Below the pieces are notes generated by a model. It was given only the letters and a program-made list of their open reading frames with translations. It did no database searches and was not told the origin of the DNA. Positions 47,924 through 59,090 of a stretch of 64,000 bases of DNA are shown here, piece after piece. Position 1 is the first letter of the stretch; the number at the start of each line of letters is the position of its first letter. Origin of the DNA: Macrostomum lignano (taxonomy: Eukaryota); the NCBI GenBank assembly GCA_002269645.1, contig NIVC01000449.1, positions 290,775 through 354,774 of the forward strand. The letters run 5' to 3'. The translations under genes were made by a program, and so were the position numbers.

Positions 47924-48539
47924 GGCACTGCCTGGCTTTGGGCAGGAAAATAAACATTGCGCATATGTTTGTGTCATGTTTGTCAGAAAATTGCAGTCTG
48001 TCTGTCTGTTTATCTGAGTCTGTGAGCAATTTTTGCACTGCAACTTAACTGGGTTTCACAGTTGAGCTCAGTTGAGACTGCAGGGGACTCAAATTACACA
48101 GCGCTGGGATTCCAGTGCGGCTCTCTGCAAACCGAAATTGTCAAATTAAATATTGCAGAATAATTTTAACCGGAAAATACAACTCGATCTGCCCGCTCAG
48201 ACCATGAGATTCAACATGGTCAGCAATGGACTTTGAAAATGATCTCACTTTTCAGTTGGTCCGCTTTTCAGTCTGGCATTTTAGTGACGTTGAGTGAAAT
48301 TTGAATTTGAGTAATTTGAGTGACCGTTTTGTGGGAATTCTGAGTGATCTGCTGTCAGTCTGAACCTCTGACAGCTGTTGTGGAGATCAAATTTAGTGCT
48401 CAGCTCATTTGTTGCCTTCTGGTTATGCAAACTCGAATATTAGAGTTCGAGGTTTTGATGTTGGATTTTTAGCACTGTTTGATTTGACTGGAGCTGAGTT
48501 GGACCTTTGGGTGAAATACGAGCGTAATTAGCACTCGTA

Positions 48540-49995
48540 AGACAGACACTGAGATAGACACTGAGACAGACACTGAGACAGACACTGAGACAGACACTGA
48601 GACAGACACTGAGACAGACACTGAGACAGACACTGAGACAGACACTGAGACAGACACTGAGACAGACACTGAGACAGACACTGAGACAGACACTGAGACA
48701 GACACTCAGACAGACACTGAGACAGACACTCAGACATACAATGAGACAGACACTCAGACAGACAATGAGACAGACAATGAGACAGACAATGAGACAGACA
48801 ATGAGACAGACACTGAGACAGACAATGAGACAGACAATGAGACAGACACTGAGACAGACACTGAGACAGACACTGAGACAGACAATGAGACAGACACTAA
48901 AATGGACACCAAGACAGACACTAAGACAAATACTAAAACAGACAATGAGACAGACACTCAGACAGACAATGAGACAGACACTCAGACTAACAATGAGACA
49001 GACACTAAAATGGACACCAATACAGACACTAAGACAAATACTAAGACAGACGCTAAGACAGACAATGAGACAGACACTGAGACAGACACTGAGACAGACA
49101 CTGAGACAGACACTGAGACAGACACTGAGACAGACACTGAGACAGACACTGAGACAGACACTCAGACAGACACTGAGACAGACACTGAGACAGACACTCA
49201 GACAGACAATGAGACAGACACTCAGACAGACAATGAGACAGACACACAGACAGACAATGAGACAGACGCTCAGACAGACAATGAGACAGACACTAAAATG
49301 GACACCAAGACAGACACTAAGACAAATACTAAGACAGACAATGAGACAGACACTCAGACAGACAATGAGACAGACACTAAAATGGACACCAAGACAGACA
49401 CTAAGACAAATACTAAGACAGACGCTGAGACAGACAATGAGACAGACACTCAGACAGACAATGAGACAGACACTCAGACAGACAATGAGACAGACAATGA
49501 GACAGACAATGAGACAGACACTCAGACAGACAATGAGACAGACACTGAGACAGACACTCAGACAGACACTGAGACAGACAATGAGACAGACACTGAGACA
49601 GACAATGAGACAGACACTGAGACAGACAATGAGACAGACAATGAGACAGACAATGAGACAGACAATGAGACAGACACTCAGACAGACACTGAGACAGACA
49701 CTCAGACAGACACTGAGACAGACAATGAGACAGACACTGAGACAGACAATGAGACAAACAATGAGACAGATATTGAGACAGACACTGAGACAGACACTGA
49801 GACAGACACTGAGACAGACACTCAGACAGACACTGAGACAGACACTGAGACAGACACTCAGACAGACAATGAGACAGACACTGAGACAGACACTGAGACA
49901 GACACTGAGACAGACACTGAGACAGACACTCAGACAGACAATGAGACAGACACTGAGACAGACACTAAAACGGACACCAAGACAGATGCTGAGAA
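48540..49995. repeat. 12-bp satellite (GAGACAGACA(CT/AT))
   Basis: Tandem units with a recurring variant block (AAAATGGACACCAAG...) four times. Confidence 0.95.
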
Positions 49996-50127
49996 ATTCA
50001 TTTAATAAAATTTTCGAGAATTTTTAAAGCGCCTATTTCTATCGAATTTCTGTGAGAAATTCTGAGACTTCACTAAATATAGCATTGCTAAAACACAGTC
50101 TCAGCTTCGTGTTGCGTCTTCCGTTTC

Positions 50128-50221
<94 letters not shown>

Positions 50222-50234
50222 GGGGCAAGAGCAT

Positions 50235-53200
50235 TGTTGTGCGCAGCCTATGCGTGTACAATGCCCTTTCTCTTGCTCTCTAGCCAACGTGCTCAGTACC
50301 CCAATGTATTGCGTAACTCATAGCTGCACGTCGGCAGCTGCGTGAATATATATCGCAAATATACGGCTCTTAGAGGCCAAGATTCTTACCCGCCAAGCGG
50401 ACTACGAGCACTACAATGGCGTCGCAGCTAAACTTACCAAGCCCAGCGCGCTTGGACCTGCGAACAGACCCCAACACGGCCCAGACTAAATGGAAAAAGT
50501 GGTACGCACAATTTGAACTTTTCGCTGTGGCTGCAAACATCGAAGACAAAAAGCGGCTTCGCCAGCTTCTGCTGTATACAGCCGGAGAGGACTTGCAGTC
50601 GATTGCGGCCGGTCTCGGCGACAAAGAGGCAGCAGGCAAAGACGTCGAAACACTTGTAGCCGCGCTTAACGACCACTTCGACAGCAAGCGGAATCTCCCG
50701 TTCACCCGCTATCAGTTCAGGTTGTGCACGCAGCGGTCCGGCGAGCCCATCGACGAATGGCTCCAGTGCCTCAAAGATGCTGCCGACTGCTGCGGCTTCG
50801 AGGGCCTCAGAGACTCCCTGATCCGTGACCAGGTGATCGCCGGCTGCAGTTCAGAGCAGCTTCGCCGCAAGCTGCTAGCGATCGACAATGTCGACCTGGA
50901 GCAGGCGCTTCGGGTGGCCAGAGCCATGGAGACAGCAGAGACTCAGGCAAGCCTCATGGAATCTAACGAGGCGGCGGTACAGCGACTTCGGCTTCGAGAC
51001 ACTGGTGCAGCGGCCTCATCAGCAGAGCGCCCAGTCAAGGGACCAGCCAAGCAGCAGCCAGGCAAGCAGACCACGTGCATCAGATGCGGAGTCCCGGGCC
51101 ACCGCACATGCAACGCAGCCAGAGGCAAGACGTGCGAGCGCTGCGGAAGGCGAAATCACTTGGCGAGGGCCTGCCTCTCCCGGCCGTTGGAAGCCGTCCG
51201 CGCCCTGCAGGCCGACAGCGACAGCTCAGAGCCTGAGGACAGCATCTTCTGTCTGACCGTGGCGGCCACCGGGACGGCTACAGCGGGCGCCCGCACAACA
51301 GTGCTCGTCGACTCAACGCAGCTGGAAGTCCTGGTCGACAGCGGGGCCGACTGCAATATCTTGACAGAGAAAGCCTGGCGGAAACTGCCGCGACCCCCGC
51401 CGCTGCAGACAACTCGCACAAAGGTATTCGCCTTCCGCTCTTCAGAACCGCTCAGCATCCTGGGAGCCTGCAGCCTGCAGGTGACAACCGGCCAAGATAG
51501 CCAGGAGGTTCGCTTCATCGTCGTCCCCGGCGACGGCGTCAACATCCTGGGACGGGAGGCATCAACCTCACTCCGCCTTCTGAGCTTGGGGCCTCAGGTT
51601 CGCGCGATCGCAGCAGCCGAGACGAAGAACGCAGAGACCCTGGCGCTGGCCAAGCGATTTCCGGAGCTCTTCAAAGGCCTCGGAAAGGTCAAGGGTGTTT
51701 CGGTTCAGATTGGTATCAAGCCTGACGCCAGGCCCGTCTGCCATCCGCCCTCTCGGGTACCAGTGCATCTCAGAGAGGCGCTGGACCGCGAGCTGGACGA
51801 GCAAGAGCGCCTGCAGATCATCCAGCCAGTAGAAGGCCCCACGCCATGGGTCAGTCGCATCGTCGTGGTACCGAAAGAAGACGGGAAGACCGTGAGGATC
51901 ACCCAGGATTTGCGAGACGTTAACAAGGCGGCCCTGAGGCAACGACACCAAATCCCGACTTTTGAAGAAGCTACCAGCGACATGACGGGGTCGACAATCT
52001 TCACCAAGCTCGACATCTTCAAGGCGTTTCATAAAATTGAGATCAGTGAGGACAGCCGCAAGTACTTCGTCTTCTCAACGCCCCGAGGGATGCGTCAGCT
52101 GACACGCCTGAGCATGGGATTCGCCTCCGCCTCGGAGATCCTGCAGCGCGTCATGCAGCAAGTGCTGGAAGGCCTCACTGGTGTCAAGTGGATCCACGAC
52201 GACATCATCATCCACAGTCAGGGCCCTGAAGTTCACCAGGAACATGTGGCAGCCTGCCTGACCAGACTGCGTGACAATGGCATCACCCTGAATGCCAGCA
52301 AGTGCCGCTGGGGCATCGGCAAGGCCAAGTTCATGGCCATGACGCTCTCCAAGTTCGGCATTCAGCCATCAGAAGAGAAAATCGCAGAGCTGCAAGCATT
52401 CAAGGATCCACAGTCTGCCAAGGAAGTCCGGTCGTTTCTCGGCCTGGCCAATCACCTCGAGAAGTTCATGCCGCACCTTTCCAACAAAGCGGAGCCGCTG
52501 AGGCGACTAACACGGAAAGGCCAGGAATTCGTCTGGGACCGCGAGCAGCAGCAGTCCTTCCAGGCCGTCAAGGACTGCATCTCCGAGGGCTGCACGCTGG
52601 CCTTCTTCGACAAGCGGCTGCCGACCGAGCTGGTGGTCGCTGCGTCACCCGTCGGCGTTGGTGCCATTCTGCAGCAGCGGCACCCAAGCGGGCAGACGCG
52701 GCCGGTGGCCTACGCGAGCCGCACGCTCAGTGACGTCGAACGGCGCTACAGCCAGATCGAGCGCGAGGCCCTGGGCGTCAAGTTCGGCTGCTTGAAGTTC
52801 GCGTTTTACCTGGAGGGCTGCCCGCACTTTGATATCTACACCGACCACAAGCCGCTGCTCGGGATCTACAGAGCAGACTCAAGGCCGCCGCCCCGGCTCG
52901 AGCGTATCATGCTGCAGACCCAGCACTTCACGTTCACACTGCACTACCGCAAAGGCGAGGACAACCCGGCAGACCCACTGAGCCGCAATCCGCTGACAAG
53001 CGCATCGTCACACAAAGACGAGGCTGAGGACACCAGACTGTGCAACGCCGTTGTCCAAGCGGCCACCCCAAAGGGCCTGACCGTCGACAGGATCCAGGCT
53101 GCGACCGAGAGAGACCCAGCTCTGGTGGTCGTCATGCGCGCCTTGGAAACAGGAAACTGGAGCTGCGGCGCGGCGAGCCCGGCGCACAGTTTTCGGTCCC

Positions 53201-54751
53201 TCAAAGACGAACTGAGCGTTCACGCAGGCCTTCTGCTCCGGGGAAACAGAATCGTGATCCCGGCGGAGCTTCAGCAGCTTACGATCGGTTTAGCGCACCA
53301 GGGCCACCTCGGACAGAAGAAGACGTGCGACCGACTGCAGCGTAAGGTCTGGTGGCCCGGCATGTCCAAGCAGGTCGAGGCGGTCGTCACTAACTGCCTC
53401 CCGTGTCAAGCGGCCCGGACCGACGGCGCCGTGAAACACCCGCCGATGCAGCCGACGCCGCTTCCGTCGGGGGCCTGGCAATCGCTCAGCGTCGACGTGT
53501 GCGGACCATTCCCAACGGGCGAGAACGTAGTTGTCTTGGTGGACTACTTCAGCCGCTACCCGGACCTCTACGTGGTGCGCAGCCTCACCAGCGCCAGCGT
53601 CATCAACTGCGTCATTGCCTCATTCAGCCGCTTCGGTGTGCCGCAGCAGATCACTACGGACAACGCCACCTACTTCACGAGCGAAGAATTCAACGTGTTT
53701 CTGGACGGCCTCGGGGTTCGACAGCGCAGGGTCACCCCACTCTACCCGGCGGCGAACGGCGAGGTGGAGCGCTTCAACCGCAGCCTCAACAAGGCCATCA
53801 ACGCCGCCACGGCCGAAGGCAACGACTGGCGGCGGGCGATCCACGAGTGGCTGCTCGGATACCGCAACTCTGTGCACCAAGGCACCGACCGCACGCCCAA
53901 CGACCTCATGTTCAACCGAGAGACCGGCGACATCCTGCCATCTGGCCTGACAAAGCAAACCGGCAGCTCCGGACGGCAGCTGCAGCTCCACGACCGCGGC
54001 TACAAGCAGGCGATGCGCAAGGCGGCCGACACGCGGCGTTCGGCTGCGCCACACGGCATCCTGGCAGGCGCCCGCGTGCTGCTCAGAAACCGCGGCAAGG
54101 CCAAGCTGCGCTGTCCGTTCGACCCGCGGCCTTGGCTTGTCAAGGCAGTCAGCGGCGGCGCCCTGACTCTGCAACGCGGCACGGCAGTCATTCGGCGGCA
54201 TGTGACCGAGACGAAGCCGCTTCGTGAGTGCCCCTGGGACCTTGACGAGATGGACGGCGATCAGCGGCCGGGGGCGCCTGTGACAGAGGCAAATTCGGCC
54301 AACGACGGTCCGATTGCGCAGAGGCCTCATCCCAGGACAGCAAAGCAGCCCGTCTGCTACAAGCAGTGACTTGATTCGAACTGAGCCGGAACGCTGTCAA
54401 AGATCGGCATGCTTTAATTGTTTAAGTATTTAATCGTTCGAAATCAAAAAAATTTGAGACTGTTTTACTAATTAATTTTTTTTAATCCTTCACGTCGTTT
54501 CTTGACCAATTTTCGCAATGAAATTTTAAACCCTCTCGTATTGGACTTTTCTTTTGCTTTGGGGGAGAGATGTGGTGCGCAGCCTATGCGTGTACAATGC
54601 CCTTTCTCTTGCTCTCTAGCCAACGTGCTCAGTACCCCAATGTATTGCGTAACTCATAGCTGCACGTCGGCAGCTGCGTGAATATATATCGCAAATATAC
54701 GGCTCTTAGAGGCCAAGATTCTTACCCGCCAAGCGGACTACGAGCACCACA
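50235..54751 (+). mobile_element. Full-length Mag-like Ty3/Gypsy LTR retrotransposon (4,517 bp)
   Basis: 181-bp LTRs (50235-50415, 54571-54751) with TG...CA ends, 5-bp TSD AGCAT (50230-50234, 54752-54756), PBS-like TGGCGTCGCAG at 50417, PPT GGGGGAGAGA (54561-54570) and a single gag-pol ORF. Confidence 0.95.
50416..54369 (+). CDS. Gag-Pol polyprotein, 1317 aa
   Basis: Two Cys-His knuckles, LVDSGA protease, RT IHDD, RNase H (LVVAAS, EREAL, YTDH), and integrase HQGH...CLPC, VDVCGP, TDNA, NGEVER. Confidence 0.93.
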   Translation: MASQLNLPSPARLDLRTDPNTAQTKWKKWYAQFELFAVAANIEDKKRLRQLLLYTAGEDLQSIAAGLGDKEAAGKDVETLVAALNDHFDSKRNLPFTRYQFRLCTQRSGEPIDEWLQCLKDAADCCGFEGLRDSLIRDQVIAGCSSEQLRRKLLAIDNVDLEQALRVARAMETAETQASLMESNEAAVQRLRLRDTGAAASSAERPVKGPAKQQPGKQTTCIRCGVPGHRTCNAARGKTCERCGRRNHLARACLSRPLEAVRALQADSDSSEPEDSIFCLTVAATGTATAGARTTVLVDSTQLEVLVDSGADCNILTEKAWRKLPRPPPLQTTRTKVFAFRSSEPLSILGACSLQVTTGQDSQEVRFIVVPGDGVNILGREASTSLRLLSLGPQVRAIAAAETKNAETLALAKRFPELFKGLGKVKGVSVQIGIKPDARPVCHPPSRVPVHLREALDRELDEQERLQIIQPVEGPTPWVSRIVVVPKEDGKTVRITQDLRDVNKAALRQRHQIPTFEEATSDMTGSTIFTKLDIFKAFHKIEISEDSRKYFVFSTPRGMRQLTRLSMGFASASEILQRVMQQVLEGLTGVKWIHDDIIIHSQGPEVHQEHVAACLTRLRDNGITLNASKCRWGIGKAKFMAMTLSKFGIQPSEEKIAELQAFKDPQSAKEVRSFLGLANHLEKFMPHLSNKAEPLRRLTRKGQEFVWDREQQQSFQAVKDCISEGCTLAFFDKRLPTELVVAASPVGVGAILQQRHPSGQTRPVAYASRTLSDVERRYSQIEREALGVKFGCLKFAFYLEGCPHFDIYTDHKPLLGIYRADSRPPPRLERIMLQTQHFTFTLHYRKGEDNPADPLSRNPLTSASSHKDEAEDTRLCNAVVQAATPKGLTVDRIQAATERDPALVVVMRALETGNWSCGAASPAHSFRSLKDELSVHAGLLLRGNRIVIPAELQQLTIGLAHQGHLGQKKTCDRLQRKVWWPGMSKQVEAVVTNCLPCQAARTDGAVKHPPMQPTPLPSGAWQSLSVDVCGPFPTGENVVVLVDYFSRYPDLYVVRSLTSASVINCVIASFSRFGVPQQITTDNATYFTSEEFNVFLDGLGVRQRRVTPLYPAANGEVERFNRSLNKAINAATAEGNDWRRAIHEWLLGYRNSVHQGTDRTPNDLMFNRETGDILPSGLTKQTGSSGRQLQLHDRGYKQAMRKAADTRRSAAPHGILAGARVLLRNRGKAKLRCPFDPRPWLVKAVSGGALTLQRGTAVIRRHVTETKPLRECPWDLDEMDGDQRPGAPVTEANSANDGPIAQRPHPRTAKQPVCYKQ

Positions 54752-54987
54752 AGCATCAAGTGCAATCAGAGAGCGCCACCGACCTCGTCGCAGGGGCGGC
54801 GGTCAGAACCTCGAGTCCAGGGTGTCCTCATCGAAGATTTTCAGCCTCAGGTGCCGGGAGGGCGAGGCAACCCAGCCAGTGTTTTTTGAGGTCTTCAGGG
54901 CCCTCCATACAGCGGTGACAGGTGGGGTCAGCGGCTGGGTTAGCGATGGTGCTGTAGGCGCGGAGAAGGCCAGAAGTTTCCAGAAAG

Positions 54988-55597
54988 AGGAGCACCTCGC
55001 CAGGAGCACCTCGCCAAGAGCACCTCGCCAGGAGCACCTCGCCAAGAGCACCTCGCCAGGAGCACCTCGCCAAGAGCACCTCGCCAGGAGCACCTCGCCA
55101 AGAGCACCTCGCCAGGAGCACCTCGCCAAGAGCATCTCGCCAGGAGCACCTCGCCAAGAGCACCTCGCCAGGAGCACCTCGCCAAGAGCACCTCGCCAGT
55201 AGCACCTCGCCAAGAGCACCTCGCCAGGAGCACCTCGCCAAGAGCACCTCGCCAAGAGCACCTCGCCAGGAGCACCTCGCCAAGAGCACCTCACCAAGAG
55301 CACCTCGCCAGGAGCACCTCGCCAAGAGCACCTCGCCAGGACCAACTCGCCAGGAGCACCTCGCCAGGAGCACCTCGCCAAGAGCACCTCGCCAAGAGCA
55401 TCTCGCCAGGAGCACCTCGCCAGGAGCACCTCGCCAGGAGCACCTCGCCAAGAGCACCTCGCCAAGAGCACTTCGCCAAGAGCATCTCGCCAGGAGCACC
55501 TCGCCAAGAGCACCTCGCCAGGAGCACCTCGCCAAGAACACCTCGCCAGGAGCAACTCGCCAGGAGCACCTCGCCAAGAGCACCTCGCCAAGAGCAC
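54988..55597. repeat. 14-bp minisatellite (GAGCACCTCGCCA(A/G)) inside the LINE relic
   Basis: ~43 tandem units. Confidence 0.93.
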
Positions 55598-55994
55598 TGC
55601 GTCCTGGCGGATCTGGCAGCTCTTCCCGGTTCAAAGCGCGGTAGACAGCAGCGGTGCGGGCGTGGGTCGCGGCGGATGTGCCTCGATCGATCGTTGCGTA
55701 GATGTTGTCAACGACCAGGGACTTCTTGGTGCCCAGAAAGACACGCACGCGACAGATCTCAATCGGCTCTGCTGTGTCAACTGGGATGCGCTTGTATTCA
55801 AGGTGGTCTCGGATAAAGCTCAGCGGACCACCCGCCCCATCAGATTGCTTGCGGTCCACGCGTAAAGTGGCGAAAACGGAAATATACATGATGGCGTCGT
55901 TCGTGCATCGTGCATTCGTGTGTTCGTGCATTCCTGTACATTATGCATCTGCAGACCTTCAGATTAATAAGTATTCGCTGTTGCGCTGTGGGCT

Positions 55995-57445
55995 CCCTGG
56001 CACCCCTGTCTCTTGGTGGGTGCCCCTGTCTTTTGGTGGGCGCCCCTGTCTCTTGGTGGGCACCCCTGTCTGTCTGTCTCTTGGTGGGAGTCCCTGTCTC
56101 TTGGTGGGCGCCCCTGTCTCTTGGTGGGCGCCCCTGTCTCTTGGTGGGCGCCCCTGTCTCTTGGTGGGCGCCCCTGTCTCTTGGTTGGCGCCCCTGTCTC
56201 TTGGTGGGCGCCCCTATCTCTTGGTTGGCGCCCCTGTCTCTTGGTTGGCGCCCCTGTCTCTTGGTGGGCACCCCTGTCTCTTGGTGGGCGCCCCTGTCTC
56301 TTGGTGGGCGCCCCTGTCTCTTGGTGGGCACCCCTGTCTCTTGGTTGGTGCCCCTGTCTCTTGGTGGGCGCCCCTGTTTCTTGGTGGGTGCCCCTGTCTC
56401 TTGGTGGGAGTCCCTGTCTCTTGGTGGGCACCCCTGTCTGTCTGTCTCTTGGTGGACGCCCCTGTCTCTTGGTGGGCGCCCCTGTCTCTTGCTGGGCGCC
56501 CCTGTCTCTTGGTGGGCGTCCCTGTCTCTTGGTGGGCGCCCCTGTCTCTTGGTGGGCGCCCCTGTCTCTTGGTGGGCGCCCCTGTCTCTTGGTGAGCGCC
56601 CCTGTTTCTTGGTGGGCGCCCCTGTCTCTTGGTGGGCGCCCCTGTCTCTTGGTGGGCGCCCCTGTCTCTTGGTGGGCGCCCCTGTCTCTTGGTGGGCGCC
56701 CCTGTCTCTTGGTGGGCGCCACTGTCTCTTGGTGGGCGCCCCTGTCTCTTGGTGGGCGCCCCTGTCTCTTGGTTGGCGCCCCTGTCTCTTGGTGGGCACC
56801 CCTGTCTCTTGGTGGGCACCCCTGTCTCTTGGTGGGCGCCCCTGTCTCTTGGTGGGCGCCCCTGTTTCTTGGTTGGCGCCCCTGTCTTTTGGTGGGCGCC
56901 CCTGTCTCTTGGTGGGCGCCCCTGTCTCTTGGTGGGCGCCCCTGTCTCTTGGTGGGTGCCCCTGTCTCTTGGTGGGCGCCCCTGTCTCTTGGTGGGCGCC
57001 CCTGTCTGTTGTCTCTTGGTGGGCGCCCCTGTCTCTTGGTGGGTGCCCCTGTCTCTTGGTGGGCGCCCCAGTCTCTTGGTGGGCGCCCCTGTCTCTTGGT
57101 GGGCACCCCTGTCTCTTGGTGGGCACCCCTGTCTCTTGGTGGGCGCCCCTGTCTCTTGGTGGGCGCCCCTGTTTCTTGGTTGGCGCCCCTGTCTCTTGGT
57201 GGGCGCCCCTGTCTCTTGGTGGGCGCCACTGTCTCTTGGTGGGCGCCCCTGTCTCTTGGTGGGTGCCCCTGTCTCTTGGTGGGCGCCCCAGTCTCTTGGT
57301 GGGCGCCCCTGTCTGTTGTCTCTTGGTGGGCGCCCCTGTCTCTTGGTGGGTGCCCCTGTCTCTTGGTGGGCGCCCCAGTCTCTTGGTGGGCGCCCCTGTC
57401 TGTTGTCTCTTGGTGGGAGTCCCTGTCTCTTGGTGGGCACGAGAG
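55995..57445. repeat. 20-bp satellite array C (GGGCGCCCCTGTCTCTTGGT)
   Basis: Same family as array A. Confidence 0.95.
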
Positions 57446-57939
57446 AGACAGGTAAAAGCATAGGAGAGTCGGGAGAGAGCCAGAGCCCTGTTGCTAAGCA
57501 ACCGATTCTCTACAACTACTGTACAGTTGAGAAGGCCAGTAGGCAGAGTGAGAGAGAAAACTGGCCCAGTTTAACAATGCATTTTATGCACATTTGACCG
57601 CCTCCTCACACCGAAGCACTGCGAGACTGAGCAGCATTTTACTCTGCTCAGTAATTAAATGCATTTAAAGATCTCAGACTGCACTGGGGCACAATGGGTC
57701 AGCTCAGCCTCATCAAGTACAGCTTGGGGTGGCCGCTGCAGCCGCAGCCTCTCCGTTGCCATGCTGGGTGCACAGAGGCGAAGGCGGCGGACTCAGCGCT
57801 CATGCTCGGGAGAGAAGTTTCGGCTGCTCAGGCCGAGGGGTGGTCGGCCTCGCCAGAGGCTGCAAAAGGGCGGGCAGCTGAGAGATGAGGCGGTAAAATC
57901 TTTCGGGCAACCGGCTGCACAAACCTTTGAAACACCTCC

Positions 57940-58510
57940 ACTCTGACAGCAGCCGTGACTGACATCTGCCTCTCTGACAGCAGCCGTGACTGACATCTGC
58001 CTCTCTGACAGCAGCCGTGACTGACATCTGCCACTCTGACAGCAGCCGTGACTGACATCTGCCTCTCTGACAGCAGCCGTGACTGACATCTGCCACTCTG
58101 ACAGCAGCCGTGACTGACATCTGCCACTCTGACAGCAGCCGTGACTGACATCTGCCACTCTGACAGCAGCCGTGACTGACATCTGCCACTCTGACAGCAG
58201 CCGTGACTGACATCTGCCACTCTGACAGCAGCCGTGACTGACATCTGCCACTCTGACAGCAGCCTGACTGACATCTGCCACTCTGACAGCAGCCGTGACT
58301 GACATCTGCCACTCTGACAGCAGCCGTAACTGACATCTGCCACTCTGACAGCAGCCGTGACTGACATCTGCCACTCTGACAGCAGCCGTGACTGACATCT
58401 GCACTCTGACAGCAGCCGTGACTGACATCTGCCACTCTGACAGCAGCCGTGACTGACATCTGCCACTCTGACAGCAGCCGTGACTGACATCTGCCACTCT
58501 GACAGCAGCC
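57940..58510. repeat. 31-bp minisatellite (CTCTGACAGCAGCCGTGACTGACATCTGCCA)
   Basis: ~18 tandem units. Confidence 0.93.
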
Positions 58511-59090
58511 AGACATTACGGACAAGGTTCATAAAGTCTCTTCATAATTCATTAAAAACATTTACAGCCGCAAAGCTGCAAACCTCACCTCTACCTCTGT
58601 CCCTTCCTCTTTCTTTTTCCCACCCTTCTTTTTCCCTCCCTCCCTCCTTCTCCCTCCCTCCCTCTTTCTTTCGTCCTCCTCTCTTTCTCTCTTCTCTCTT
58701 TCTTGCACATGTCGTGCCGTAGCCATAAGGAGGACTCTTCGTTATAAGAGAGCGCTTAGTTGAGCACAAGAAAAAAACGCAACTTCAAGTGACAGTTAAG
58801 CGGCCTTTATTATATTGAGAAACAACCGACAAAACGCCTATAATATAGCGCAGTCAAACATTTCTAACTTTAGCCTAGGCACAACGTGGCGCGTGAACGC
58901 TACGTACATTGGCGATGAGTAAATATTACGTACACAAAGTAAGTCAGTAAAAATCAGTCAATGAGCTAAGCCAGGCGGCGCCACAGCTCCCTCACTTTCT
59001 TCTCCCTCCACTTCATTTTCCCTACATCCCCAACTTTCTCCTATTTTCCACCACTTTTAACCTTACTAATCCAACACGTTCTAGAGAACA

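Larger units (their letters stand above)
50128..55931 (-). mobile_element. Deleted non-LTR retrotransposon (LINE) relic with (AAC)n tail, interrupted by a Gypsy element and a satellite
   Basis: APE-like fragment LRVDRKQSDGAGG...VVDNIYA (~55870-55700), C-terminal LLRAY...DPTCHRC...EDL..HWLGC (~54990-54860), and a 3' UTR that continues across TSD AGCAT into CTTGCCCC(AAC)~31 at 50128-50222. No RT domain. Confidence 0.7.
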
